DNA of 64,000 nt from positions 576,001 to 640,000 of the forward strand of contig CAWELD010000010.1 in NCBI GenBank assembly GCA_963809895.1, read 5' to 3'. How positions within the stretch are numbered: position 1 is the first letter of the stretch; each line of letters starts with the position of its first letter. This DNA comes from an uncultured Gemmatimonadales bacterium. GTDB taxonomy: Bacteria > Gemmatimonadota > Gemmatimonadetes > Longimicrobiales > Gaopeijiaceae. A model generated the notes under the pieces. That model saw nothing but the letters and a program-made list of their open reading frames with translations. It was not told the origin of the DNA and did not search any database. Positions 48,486-58,150 of the stretch are shown here, piece after piece. Position numbers and translations under genes: made by a program.

Positions 48486-49644
48486 CCCTAACCAGCGTAT
48501 CTGGACTCCCCCGACAGTCGGATGTTGTCCGGAGCGTAGTTGAAGGTGGTGGCTCCGGGCTGCTCCTTGATTAGCCGGCAATGCTCACCTCGGCAAGGGT
48601 GTCCTCGCGCTCGAGCCAGAGGGCGAGCTGCTCGAGCTTCTGCGTGCCCTCGCTCGCCTCGAGCTTCACCGCCGCCCGGAAGGCCGACTTCACCTGCGCG
48701 TGCTGGTCCCTGGGCAGGTGTCCCGTGAGGTTGCGCAGCTTGTGGTTGCGGCAGCGCTGGACCAGGTCCTCGAGCAGGGCGGTGGCCACCTCCGCGTTCT
48801 CGCTCGCGCCCTCCCGCAGGCCGAGCACGTGCTTCCGCCCCTCGTTGTCCACGCCCACGGCCGCGAGCACGTGATGATTCCCGAACTGGATCCCGTCCAC
48901 GTAGACGATGAGCAGATCCCAGGCCTCCAGCCGCCGCTCCATGAGCTCCCGGAGCACCGTCTCGCTCGCCTCGATCGCCTCACGGCTCACCGACGACTTG
49001 GCCACGCCCACCGTGTCGGCCATTGCCGGGATCACGTCCGCATAGCGACGCGTGCTCACGCCCGCCAGCAGGATCTCGAGCATCCGCTCCGCCACCGGCC
49101 CAGGCCGTCGCATCGCCTCGTAGGCCGGCATCTCGACCTCGCCTCCCTCGCCCCGGCCCTTCACCCGGAGCCGCGGCCGCTCGACCCGAACCTTCCGGTC
49201 CGACTTGTTGCCGTCCCGGTATCGACGCACATGCCCAGCCGGCAGCAGGCGCACCTGGTGGCCCATGGCTCGACACACTCGGCCCCAGTAGTGCGCCGTG
49301 CCGCATGCCTCCATCAGGATCTCCGACGGTGCCTGGGTCTCCAGGAATCGCCGGAACCCGGATCGATTGAGCCTCCGCTGTTCAGTGACTTGCCCCACCT
49401 CGCGCGATACCGCGATCTCGAACACGCTCTTTGCCAGATCCACTGCCACCTGCGTAGTCTTCATCGGGACTCCTCCTTCGGGCTTGGCCTTCGGGGCCGT
49501 TCGTGTCAGTGGCAGAGTGCTGCCACTCCGGAGGGGGAGTCCATCCCATCAACTGCTACTGCGTGCTCAAAGACCGAAGGGGTCGCGCGCGAGACGCGCG
49601 GTCGACATCATGAGGCACGCGGCAGAATCGCAGATCCGTTAGAC
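48486..49644 (+). repeat. attC (family A) split by the second IS copy
   Basis: CCCTAACCAGCG | IS | ACTGCTACTGCGTGC..GTTAGAC. Confidence 0.9.
48498..49551 (-). mobile_element. Defective IS1111 copy containing an IS256-family remnant
   Basis: Same IRs as 29407-30791; ORF 48571-49464 is the IS110 N-terminal ~90 aa fused to IS256-like GVSTR, YVDG, GRKHVLG, QRCRNHK. Confidence 0.88.
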
Positions 49645-49675
49645 CGTGCCACACCCACTCAGGGGATACAGCCCA

Positions 49676-50401
49676 ATGGCGGAGACGCGACGGTGGTATC
49701 GCTTCGCGACGGAGAGCGTGGCCATCGTCGCCTCTATCCTCGTGGCCTTTGGTATCGACGCCTGGTGGGCTGGCCGGCAGGCCCTTGCTGAAGAGCAGGA
49801 ACTCCTCACCGGACTGGTCGAGGAATTCGAAGGCAACGCGAGTTTGGTCGACGAGACCCTTGAGCGTGGCCTTCAGGCACGCGCTGATCTCCAGCACTTC
49901 CTGTCTCTGAGTTCCGACGAGCTCCGCTCTCCAGGCCTAGCCCTGACGTTCGCGTCAGCATACGAGCCCTTCATCCGAACGTACTCGGTGACGCCGACCG
50001 TCGGCTTCCTTCATGCCACCATCAGCTCCGGCAAGCTTGCCATCATTCGTGATGTCGACCTACGAGCCGCGCTCGCCCGTTTCGATGGTCTGTTCTCGGA
50101 TGCCGCGGAACTCACTTGGTTCACGAATGAACTCAACCTGCAGGCTGCGGAACGACTCGGGGAGCTCGATGAGATTCGGTCTGTGCTTTCGCGCGAATCC
50201 GAGTTGGATGACACGATTCTGGCGCAAATTACTCTCAGTCCCGCCACTATCCGGAGGATGCATAGCGATCCGGAACTGATGCGGGTCGCCACGGCCAAAC
50301 TCCGATATTGGGACGGCTACTTCTTTGAGGTCCGCGCTTTCCGACAAGAGATCGATGCGGTGCTCGCCCTTCTCAGAGCGAACTTGGCGACCCGCAGCTA
50401 A
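49676..50401 (+). CDS. Hypothetical membrane-anchored protein (DUF6090-like)
   Basis: ESVAIVASILVAFGIDAWW; SSGKLAIIRDVDLR. Confidence 0.75.
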   Translation: MAETRRWYRFATESVAIVASILVAFGIDAWWAGRQALAEEQELLTGLVEEFEGNASLVDETLERGLQARADLQHFLSLSSDELRSPGLALTFASAYEPFIRTYSVTPTVGFLHATISSGKLAIIRDVDLRAALARFDGLFSDAAELTWFTNELNLQAAERLGELDEIRSVLSRESELDDTILAQITLSPATIRRMHSDPELMRVATAKLRYWDGYFFEVRAFRQEIDAVLALLRANLATRS

Positions 50402-50412
50402 GTGGGGGCACG

Positions 50413-50475
50413 GTCTAACAGGCAACTCTTGCTGCAGACCGAGCAATGAATTCGGGGCGCTCGCGTCTTGCAACG
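50413..50475 (+). repeat. attC left arm only
   Basis: GGCACGGTCTAAC is complementary to cassette start GTTAGACCGTGCC; no GTT core downstream. Confidence 0.7.
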
Positions 50476-50499
50476 CGAAACCGACGAGATGGAGGTCGC

Positions 50500-50697
50500 T
50501 TGAAGGCCAAAGAGACCGTACGAGACCTGTTGGACAGACTGCCTGACGATTGCACGCTTGAGGATGTCCTCTACCATCTGTACGTCGTTCAAGCCGTCGA
50601 GCGGGGCCTTGAGGATGCCGAAGCCGGGCGGACCCTGTCGCATGAAGAGGTCCTCGAAGAAATGCGTCGGAAGTGGGTCCTCGGCGCCGCCGGGTAG
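50500..50697 (+). CDS. Putative ParD-like antitoxin
   Basis: LPDDCTLEDVLYHLYV..ERGLEDAEAGRTLSHEEV; TTG after GGAGG. Confidence 0.8.
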   Translation: MKAKETVRDLLDRLPDDCTLEDVLYHLYVVQAVERGLEDAEAGRTLSHEEVLEEMRRKWVLGAAG

Positions 50698-50775
50698 TCT
50701 GGACCAACGTGGCGAGGCGCGAAATCGATGAGATCGCAGGATTCATCGCTCAGGATTCGCACCAGGCGGCAGCGA
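50673..50775 (+). pseudogene. ParE/RelE toxin N-terminal fragment fused in frame to the next gene
   Basis: VVWTNVARREIDEIAGFIAQDS. Confidence 0.7.
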
Positions 50776-50810
50776 GAGGCGGAACGACGGCCCAGACAGC
50801 GGAGGCGCTC

Positions 50811-52076
50811 GTGAGACTCGGCACTTCTTCATTCGTGGCGGCCGCACTGGCCGCGTTGTTTGGCTGCGCTGGCGAGTCTAGCTCGTCCTTTGAGCTCGTG
50901 GACAGCGCGGGCGTTGCGATAGGGGTGAACGCAGCCGGCAGCGTCGCGACCGCTAAGACCTGGACTCTCTCGCCTGAGCCCGTCACCGAGATCGGGGGCG
51001 GTGTCAATCCGGCAATTCTACTCTACCGTGTGACGGCCGTGACTCCCCTCGGCAACGGGAGCGTAGCGATCGGCAGCGAGGGTCCAAGTGAAGCGATTGT
51101 GGTTGGCCCGGCCGGTGGCGTCGTTGCGACGTTGGGCAGGGAAGGCGAGGGTCCCGGCGAGTTCGCGGGTGTGGGCTCCGTCATCTCACTGCCGGGCGAC
51201 TCGATTGCGGTATGGGACCCGGATCGGCGTCGGGTCTCCGTGTTCGGCCTCGACGGACGGTTCGGCCGTGAGCTCGACCTGAGCGAAGTGGCCCCTGCGT
51301 CCGTCCGCGCCGCGCCAGACATGAACACTCCGAGTGGCTTCACCCACCTGTTGCCATCTTCCCCAGGCTCCTTCGTGGTACTGGGCGAGGCGGTCATGGC
51401 CCCGGGTGCCGCGGCGGGAGTTATCCGCCCGCAGCTTCCGGCGGTTCGCATCAACTCGGTGGGCGACGAGGTCGCACGGTTCACGCCCCTGCCGGGTCTC
51501 ATGGTTCACGTGGGTGGACCTGCCGGCACCATGCCGGTCCCGTTTAGTCCCCGCCTCTACGCCGTGGCCGCCTCGGGAAACCTCGTCGTAGGCACTGCGG
51601 ACACGACCGAGGTACGGGTGTACGTCCCAACCGGCGGGCTGGCACGGATCATTCGTTGGCCGGATCACGACCGTACGGTCGGGGGAGTGTCTCTGGCGAA
51701 GTGGCGCGAAATGGTCGATTCGCAGGCTGGCACGCGAGATCTGGTCGAGTCGGTACCTCGACCCGAGCGCTTCCCGGCGTACGAAGGGCTCGTTGCCACC
51801 GACCGAGGTGAGATCCTGGTCGGCGAGTATGCTGGGCCGCTCGGCATCTGGCCAATGCGGCGAGCGGACCAGGGCCCAGATATGCTACGGCCTCAACTGA
51901 AGGTGCCGGCGCGCCAGTGGCTGGTGTTCGACCCCGACGGCGAGTTGATCGCTACGCTCGAGACGCCCGGTTCATTTGAGCCATACGCGGTCGAGGACGA
52001 CATGATGTGGGGGGTATACGTCAGCGATCTCGATGTGGAGTCGGTTCGGGCATACGCATTGCACCGAGGCAACTGA
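50811..52076 (+). CDS. 6-bladed beta-propeller lipoprotein
   Basis: LFGC lipobox, VDSAGV, LGREGEGPGEF, GDSIAVWD, SDLDVESVR. Confidence 0.82.
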   Translation: MRLGTSSFVAAALAALFGCAGESSSSFELVDSAGVAIGVNAAGSVATAKTWTLSPEPVTEIGGGVNPAILLYRVTAVTPLGNGSVAIGSEGPSEAIVVGPAGGVVATLGREGEGPGEFAGVGSVISLPGDSIAVWDPDRRRVSVFGLDGRFGRELDLSEVAPASVRAAPDMNTPSGFTHLLPSSPGSFVVLGEAVMAPGAAAGVIRPQLPAVRINSVGDEVARFTPLPGLMVHVGGPAGTMPVPFSPRLYAVAASGNLVVGTADTTEVRVYVPTGGLARIIRWPDHDRTVGGVSLAKWREMVDSQAGTRDLVESVPRPERFPAYEGLVATDRGEILVGEYAGPLGIWPMRRADQGPDMLRPQLKVPARQWLVFDPDGELIATLETPGSFEPYAVEDDMMWGVYVSDLDVESVRAYALHRGN

Positions 52077-52136
52077 GCGCCAGCGGGCCGTCTGCTCTTG
52101 GCGCAGCGGGATTTCGCCGAGCGCTTGACGCATGCG

Positions 52137-52255
52137 CACTTACAAGGGTTTGCTGCTGTCGCGGTAGGCGTCGGGAGTCCGGAGCCGTTCGCCTTGCCGC
52201 TCACGGCCCCGGGTCGGCATCATGGTCGCGCAGCGGAAACCCAAAGTCGTTGGAG
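52137..52255 (+). repeat. attC (family C), inverse core mutated
   Basis: CACTTAC..GTTGGAG. Confidence 0.85.
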
Positions 52256-52352
52256 CGTCACCTCCTTGGCACGTGGCGTCGCGACGAAGGACCACCTCCA
52301 GGCCACGGCCATCTGGCCGACCGCAATCACCCTGAATGGACAGGACTGAGCA

Positions 52353-52820
52353 ATGAACTCGGACAAGGTGCTGCGGTGGGCCACGCTGGCGGCGAACCTC
52401 GGGGCCGTTGTCGGCTTGATCTTGCTCGTTCTGGGCCTCAAGCAGAATGAGACACTGATGAGAGCCCAGACGCGCAATGATCTCTCCGTTGGAATCGTCG
52501 ATCTCTTCGCCCGGGTGGCGGAAAACCCGCAACTCGCGAGTTTGCGTCGGCGCGCTGATGCGGGCGAGGATCTCACGCCAGACGAGGCCTACCAGTACGC
52601 GATTATCACGAGAGCCTTCTTTCGCTACTGGGAGAACGTCCACTACCAGTATCGTCAGGGGCTATACGACGAGGAGGAGTTCGGCCGCCAGCGCGAAGCG
52701 TGGCGGAGCTACGCTCAGTCGTCTCCGGCCTTGATCAAGTTCTGGTGCGCGGAAAGAACTCAGTTCTCTCCGGAGTTCGTGTCGGACTTCGACCAACTCC
52801 TTCCGCGGGCGGCCTGCTGA
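52353..52820 (+). CDS. Hypothetical membrane-anchored protein
   Basis: ANLGAVVGLILLV..QN; ENVHYQYRQGL. Confidence 0.75.
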   Translation: MNSDKVLRWATLAANLGAVVGLILLVLGLKQNETLMRAQTRNDLSVGIVDLFARVAENPQLASLRRRADAGEDLTPDEAYQYAIITRAFFRYWENVHYQYRQGLYDEEEFGRQREAWRSYAQSSPALIKFWCAERTQFSPEFVSDFDQLLPRAAC

Positions 52821-52860
52821 AGCAGAGGCGAATCGCGGCGGTGCGATCATGATCGAGCCT

Positions 52861-54702
52861 CTACCGCGCCAGCCCCAGCCGCTCGAGGATGTAGGCGAAG
52901 CGCGGGTCCCTCCGAGCCTTCTCCAGAGGGAGGATTCGCCACAGGTTATGAAGGTCGTCCGTCTTGTAGGGCATGCTGCGAAACCGCCCCTCCAACACTT
53001 GGAGTGCCCGCGTGGTATCCCCCATCAGCCGCCACTCATCCGCCCACATGAGGGGATACTCAAGCGTCTCCAACACGGCGGTATCCCTGGCGGCCCACGC
53101 GGCCCCAAATGTGTCGATCAGCGATTCATCCCAGGGTGGATCGAGTCGGCGGAAGGCCGCCCGGTGCACCTCGACGGCGCCCTCCACGTCGCCCAACGCC
53201 AGGTGGATTCCCGCGAGGTGATAGTCGGGGCTCCAGTGTGCGGGTGCCTGCGCCACCGCCTTTTCGCACACCGCCTTGGCCTCAACGAGCTCTTTTTCTC
53301 CTACCAGGAGCAGGCAGAGCGCAGTGAGTCGGCTTACGGCCGTCGGATCGAGCTCGACGGCGCGCCGGGCGCTTCGTACCGCCTCCGGGGTCCGGCCGAT
53401 GGCCCCCAACAAATCCGCATACTGTTGGTGCGCCTCCGGATCGTCGGGGTCGATGGACAGGGCCCGCAGGTAGTGGGCCTCGCTCTGATCCCAGTCCCAC
53501 CGATCCCGAAACACGTTGCCGAGTGCGACCTCCGCCGCCGCGTTGCGCGGATCGAGATCCAGGGCACGTCGGGCCGCGGCCTCGCCCGCGTCGAGTGCAG
53601 AAGCCCAGTCGGCCGAGTCCGGCCATGGGGCTCCGAGCGCGGGGTAGTAGGGCAGCAGCGACTGCGCCATCGCCAACCCGGCCCACGCAGGGGCCCAGCC
53701 GGGGTCGAGTGCCGTGGCGCGGGAGAAGAGTCCGATGGACTCGGTCAACCCAGCACCCCGCTCAGCCATCTTCGAACGCCCGAGCAGAAAGAGGTCGTAC
53801 GCCTCGAGATCGGAGGTGGGTGTCACGAGCTGCCCGCCGGCCCCCAGACCAAGCGACACCTGCAGCTCGCTGGCCACCGCCTCTGCGATCTCCGACTGGA
53901 TCCGGAAGATGTCATCGACGGTGTAGTCGTACGTGTCGCTCCACAGGTGGAAGTCACCGGCCGCATCGATGAGCTGGGCCGTGATCCGGCGCTGCGTTCC
54001 CTGCTGGCGGAGGCTCCCCTCAATGAGGTACTGCACGCCAAGCTCGGCGCCGATCTGGCGCAGGTCCCTCTCTTCGCCGCGGTATGCGAAGGACGAGGTA
54101 CGCCCGCTGACCCGTAGCTCCCGGATCTTCGCGAGGGCATTCAGGATCTCCTCCGTCATACCGTCGGTGAAGTACTTCTGGTCCTGGGCCTCGCTCAGGT
54201 CGACGAACGGCAGGACCGCGATGGTGGGGCGAGGATCTTCAGACAAATCTGCGTACGCGACCCGGAGGATCTCCTCCGAACCCGCAGGCTGCGCCGACGC
54301 GGCGGTTGCGGGAGCGTCCTCGGCCGGGGCCGACGCTCGTCCCACCCACCACGCCCCGGCGGTCAAGGCAAGTACCCCGCCCAGGGCCAGGATGCCGGCT
54401 GGCCATCGGCGACTCCCGGGCTCGGCGATGATCGCCTCCAACTCCCCGGCCGCAGCTGGGGCCGTGCGTTTCATCCCCTCGGGGCTCGCCTCGAGGGCCC
54501 ATGCCAGTATCAGAGCGATGGGGAATCCAACGAGGATGAGGAACGTCGTGATCCTCATAACCACCGGAGGGAGCTCCATGGAGCTCGCCAAGAGGTCGGC
54601 CACTTGAAGGACGATGAACCCTGTAGCGCCGTAGACCGTTGCAACCCGAAATACGTTCCGGCGCCGCAGGTCGGCAAAGAAACGCTGATAGGTGTGAGGC
54701 AT
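52861..54702 (-). CDS. Membrane protein with TolB-like N-domain and TPR repeats
   Basis: LRRRNVFRV, GFPIALILAW, IAVLPFVDLS, DGMTEEILNAL, TPRs. Confidence 0.85.
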   Translation of the reverse strand: MPHTYQRFFADLRRRNVFRVATVYGATGFIVLQVADLLASSMELPPVVMRITTFLILVGFPIALILAWALEASPEGMKRTAPAAAGELEAIIAEPGSRRWPAGILALGGVLALTAGAWWVGRASAPAEDAPATAASAQPAGSEEILRVAYADLSEDPRPTIAVLPFVDLSEAQDQKYFTDGMTEEILNALAKIRELRVSGRTSSFAYRGEERDLRQIGAELGVQYLIEGSLRQQGTQRRITAQLIDAAGDFHLWSDTYDYTVDDIFRIQSEIAEAVASELQVSLGLGAGGQLVTPTSDLEAYDLFLLGRSKMAERGAGLTESIGLFSRATALDPGWAPAWAGLAMAQSLLPYYPALGAPWPDSADWASALDAGEAAARRALDLDPRNAAAEVALGNVFRDRWDWDQSEAHYLRALSIDPDDPEAHQQYADLLGAIGRTPEAVRSARRAVELDPTAVSRLTALCLLLVGEKELVEAKAVCEKAVAQAPAHWSPDYHLAGIHLALGDVEGAVEVHRAAFRRLDPPWDESLIDTFGAAWAARDTAVLETLEYPLMWADEWRLMGDTTRALQVLEGRFRSMPYKTDDLHNLWRILPLEKARRDPRFAYILERLGLAR

Positions 54703-54888
54703 CCGGGAAGATCAACCCAACCGTGGTAGAGGGCAAGAAAGCCACGGCCTCAGTGCCCCCGGTCAGGAGGACCTGATTGAGGCGACGATCCCCCGCTCTA
54801 GCCGACGATGCCAGTGAAGTCTTCCTCTCGGTTTGACATCTCGGCTCGATTAGTGGATCGGTGGGCGGGAGATACGATCCAACAAGCG

Positions 54889-55122
54889 TATCTGGACTCC
54901 CCCGACAGTCGTGCGCGAGTCGGACAGGATAGCAGTCCGCCCGGTCTGCCATCGCAGGGCCGAACGAGCTCCGTGCGGAACCGGGTCGCCCTGCATCGAG
55001 ATCTCCTCCTCGCTGTCGAAGAGCTCCGGGGCATGGTTGCGGACGAGCTGGGTGGTGGCAGCGACCAGGACGCGCGTTCAAACAAGAGTGCTGCCACTCC
55101 GGAGGGGGAGTCTATCGCATCA
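54889..55122 (-). mobile_element. Miniature (234 bp) non-autonomous IS1111 derivative in an attC left arm
   Basis: ATCCAACAAGCG | TATCTGGACTCCCCCGACAG ... AGAGTGCTGCCACTCCGGAGGGGGAGTCTATCGCATCA. Confidence 0.85.
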
Positions 55123-55489
55123 GTCGGCTAGGATCTTGAGGATCGTCGACGAAGCGTTGGGTACATGAGGGCGCGAGCCCTTAGAGGGGGGACGTCGGGC
55201 GCATGGTTTCGGGTCAGGAGAATCGCCGGTTGAACGAGACCAACGAGCACTTCGCGGTGGCCCGGAGCGTCGACGACGCAGAGCGTCTCTTGGGGCTCCG
55301 TCCAAGAGTGCCAATTGCGGCAGGTGCGACGGTGACTATTTCTACTTCATTGCCAGCACTGAGCTTCGGCCGAAGCACTCGTCCCGGTGGCAGATGCGTG
55401 CTATGGTCGCTTGCAGACGTAGCTCGGCGGCGAGCGACCCCGCACAGGGTCACGTGCGGCTCCCCACGGACGGGATGACAAGGCAGACC

Positions 55490-55948
55490 ATGTCGACCGA
55501 GGAATCCAGCTTCGAGGAGGACCGGATCAGACCCAAGGCGCTTCGTTTCCTCGTCGGTGTTCTCACGTTCCAGGGTGTTAGCGGCATTGGTGGCGGTCTC
55601 GGCCTGTCTCTCGACCCGAGCGGCCAGTCAGTAGGCATTCCGTTGGAATGGCTCCAGGGCTCCCCGTTCTCAGACTATCTCGTCCCGGGTTTGGTTCTGC
55701 TTGTGCTACTGGGAATCGGTCCCCTCGTGGCTGCCTTTGGCGCTTGGACCGGACGACGGTGGTCTTGGGCCACTTCGCTCCTGGTGGCGGCCGGCCTGCT
55801 CATCTGGCTCGGGGTCGAGATTGCAGTGATCGGGTATCAGCCCGAACCCCCTCTGCAGATGGTCTACGGCCTCGTGGCGCTGTCCATTCTCAGTGCTGCC
55901 TACGTGCCTTCCGTCCGCGACTACCTTCGCAATGGGGGGACGACGTGA
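55490..55948 (+). CDS. Hypothetical 4-TM membrane protein
   Basis: GGGLGL..DPSG, L.GSPFSDYLVPGLVL. Confidence 0.8.
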   Translation: MSTEESSFEEDRIRPKALRFLVGVLTFQGVSGIGGGLGLSLDPSGQSVGIPLEWLQGSPFSDYLVPGLVLLVLLGIGPLVAAFGAWTGRRWSWATSLLVAAGLLIWLGVEIAVIGYQPEPPLQMVYGLVALSILSAAYVPSVRDYLRNGGTT

Positions 55949-56041
55949 AGACCGGCCGCGGCCTCGACCACGGACTCCGGTCGAATCGCAAGGGCTGAGG
56001 TCGTCACGTCTGACAACACATGACGTTTGTCGTGAAGCTCG

Positions 56042-56539
56042 TTAGAAGGCGCTGCCTGTGTCTTGGGCCTGGCCCTTGCCCTCGCCGCCGAGATGTGGCT
56101 CCAGTAGGTCACGGAAGTCGCCGGGGAACAGCTCGCCGAACCTCTGCCACGCTGCCCGGATGGCTTGGCGCTGGCCGAACATCGAGACCGTGCGCATGGT
56201 CACACCCCACTGGTCATCATCGACCTGACCCCGTTGCCGGGCCTTGTACAGCGCCCACCAGAATTGGAATACAGTGTACTCCCAGAGGACGTGGCGCTGT
56301 TGGTCGATCTCATCGAGTTGATCGAATCTGTCGGCCCCGGTGACCCACCACTCGGCCGCTTCCCGGTCCAACGCGACTCCCGCCGCGAGCGTGAGGTTGA
56401 AGTTGGACCACATGCTTTCGCTGTTGGCCCGCATCGCCTCGGTGTTCCCTCTGACCTGTCTTGCCAGGTACACGAGGGAGACGATCACGCCGACCGCCGC
56501 CACGAGGTCGCCGACGTACGAGAATTGCTCCAGGTTCAT
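56042..56539 (-). CDS. Hypothetical membrane-anchored protein (similar architecture to 52353-52820)
   Basis: GDLVAAVGVIVSLVYLARQVR.NT. Confidence 0.75.
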   Translation of the reverse strand: MNLEQFSYVGDLVAAVGVIVSLVYLARQVRGNTEAMRANSESMWSNFNLTLAAGVALDREAAEWWVTGADRFDQLDEIDQQRHVLWEYTVFQFWWALYKARQRGQVDDDQWGVTMRTVSMFGQRQAIRAAWQRFGELFPGDFRDLLEPHLGGEGKGQAQDTGSAF

Positions 56540-57004
56540 TGGTGCCCCAGGCGAGAGTCCGGAGGAACGTCGGAGCGAAGCTACGTGGCCCACCGCGGGG
56601 CCACCAGAAACCTGCGCGCTTGGACGGAGGAAGAGATGCACGGAGTTGGGCTTCGTCGCGCCTCTACCGCCGGACTCGGCGACCACCATCTGTCGATTGC
56701 TCTATTCGGCGAGCACCTTCGACGGCGTCCGAGCTCAAGCTGATGCCCTGGTCGGAGCCGGGGATCTCGGGCTCATCACGGATCCATCTCTCCGTCGAAA
56801 TGTGACCGCCTTCCTTCGGGCCGAAGACGACTTCGCAGAAGATGCGGCACGGGTCAACGAGACCGGACTGTCCTTCCTCGAGGCGACGATGGCACACGGG
56901 GCTATCTCGTCGAAATTCAGAATCTGTCAACCATCATCGACAGCGTGTTGGTCGAGCTTGGTACCGCAAGCTCCGGAGAGTAGTCCCCGTCTGGCGTTAC
57001 CACG

Positions 57005-57511
57005 TCACGTTTGCGACCGAAGCAGATCGTCGAGCCTCGCGTAGCTCACCTCCATGCCGTCGGTCATCCCGGTCTCGAGTGCCTGGTCGCGTGAGATCCT
57101 GGAGCCGTAGTCGATCCGCGTCGTCATGATCGTCACGCCGCCCTGCTCTTCGAACGTCACGGTTACGATCGCCGGTTGATCTCCCATCGTTCCGCCGACG
57201 TCGCCCGGGTCGAACGCCTCGGTATTGCGGATGCGGCTCGGCGCCTCGATCTCGAGGAACTCGCCGTGGAAGCCGAACTGCTTCCCGTCCTCGTCCGCGC
57301 GCCAGCGCCAGCGGAAGGTCCCGCCGACGCGGAGGTCCACCTCGCAGACGGTCATCGTCCAGCCGGGGTATCCCCCCAACCAGCGCTGCTGCAGCTCAGG
57401 GGTCGTGTAGGCCTCGAAGACCAATTCGCGCGGCGCGCGAAACGCTCTCTGGACACGTACCTCGGTGTCGCTGGGCAGTGAAACCTGTGCGGTCTCGGGG
57501 AGGGTCGTCAT
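57005..57511 (-). CDS. SRPBCC/AHSA1 domain protein
   Basis: RAFRAPRELVFEAYT, EVDLRVGG, FHGEFLE, GMTDGMEVSYARLD. Confidence 0.9.
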   Translation of the reverse strand: MTTLPETAQVSLPSDTEVRVQRAFRAPRELVFEAYTTPELQQRWLGGYPGWTMTVCEVDLRVGGTFRWRWRADEDGKQFGFHGEFLEIEAPSRIRNTEAFDPGDVGGTMGDQPAIVTVTFEEQGGVTIMTTRIDYGSRISRDQALETGMTDGMEVSYARLDDLLRSQT

Positions 57512-57543
57512 GTCGTCAGCTCCTCTGGTTCGTGTGTGGTATC

Positions 57544-57900
57544 TCACTCGGATCGCCGCGCCGCCTTCAACTCGTCCAGCACCTCGTCGAGGCGTCGGAA
57601 CTGGGACTCCCACATATCGCGGTATCGCGTGATCCATTCGGATGCGACGTCGAGGGGAGCCGTCTCGAGGCGCCGGAGCCGTCGCGCTCCGTCCGGCTCC
57701 ACCGAGACGAGACCCGCGCGCTCGAGCACCTTGAGGTGCTTGGAGATCGCGGGCTGGGTCATCTCGAAGGGCTCGGTCAGCTCGGTTACCGAGGCTTCTC
57801 CGGTGGCCAGACGAGCGAGAATGGCGCGTCGAGTCGGGTCGGCCAGAGCAAAGAAGGTGGCGTCGAGTCGCTGGTCAGCCTGCGGCGTAGTAATAACCAT
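57544..57900 (-). CDS. ArsR-family regulator
   Basis: FFALADPTRRAIL, QPAISKHLKVLERAGLV; ATAAC/GTTAT operator-like repeats at 57893-57913. Confidence 0.92.
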   Translation of the reverse strand: MVITTPQADQRLDATFFALADPTRRAILARLATGEASVTELTEPFEMTQPAISKHLKVLERAGLVSVEPDGARRLRRLETAPLDVASEWITRYRDMWESQFRRLDEVLDELKAARRSE

Positions 57901-58008
57901 ATCGTTATATAACGGTTCGGTGATGGTCGTGCAAGGTCGCCATGTGACGAGGGATCCGCGCTCCGTGACTCGTGCCGGGATTCCACCGGAAGGGATGATG
58001 GAGCTGCA

Positions 58009-58112
58009 TTCCAACAGGCGACCGCTACCGCGTGCGCGACGATCGGAAGGGTCGCGTGCGAGGTGCGCGGACAGCATCGTGAAGGCACGCAGCCGATCGC
58101 AAATCCTCAGAG
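58009..58112 (+). repeat. Degenerate attC (family A)
   Basis: TTCCAAC..CGCGTGC..AAGGGTCGCG..GGCACGCAG..CGCAAATC CTCAGAG. Confidence 0.78.
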
Positions 58113-58150
58113 CGAGGCACGACCTGAGCCTCGCGGGAGACCGGGATGCA

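Noticed and set aside
54868..54877. GGAGATACGA, identical to the donor-guide segment, next to the mini-IS
   Set aside because: A 10-bp match that lies in the cassette-specific end region; cannot be distinguished from chance
56008..56047. GTCTGAC..GTTAGAA as an attC or second attI (shares AAGCTCGTTAG with 26185-26195)
   Set aside because: Only 40 bp, weak pairing, no family match; possible but unsupported
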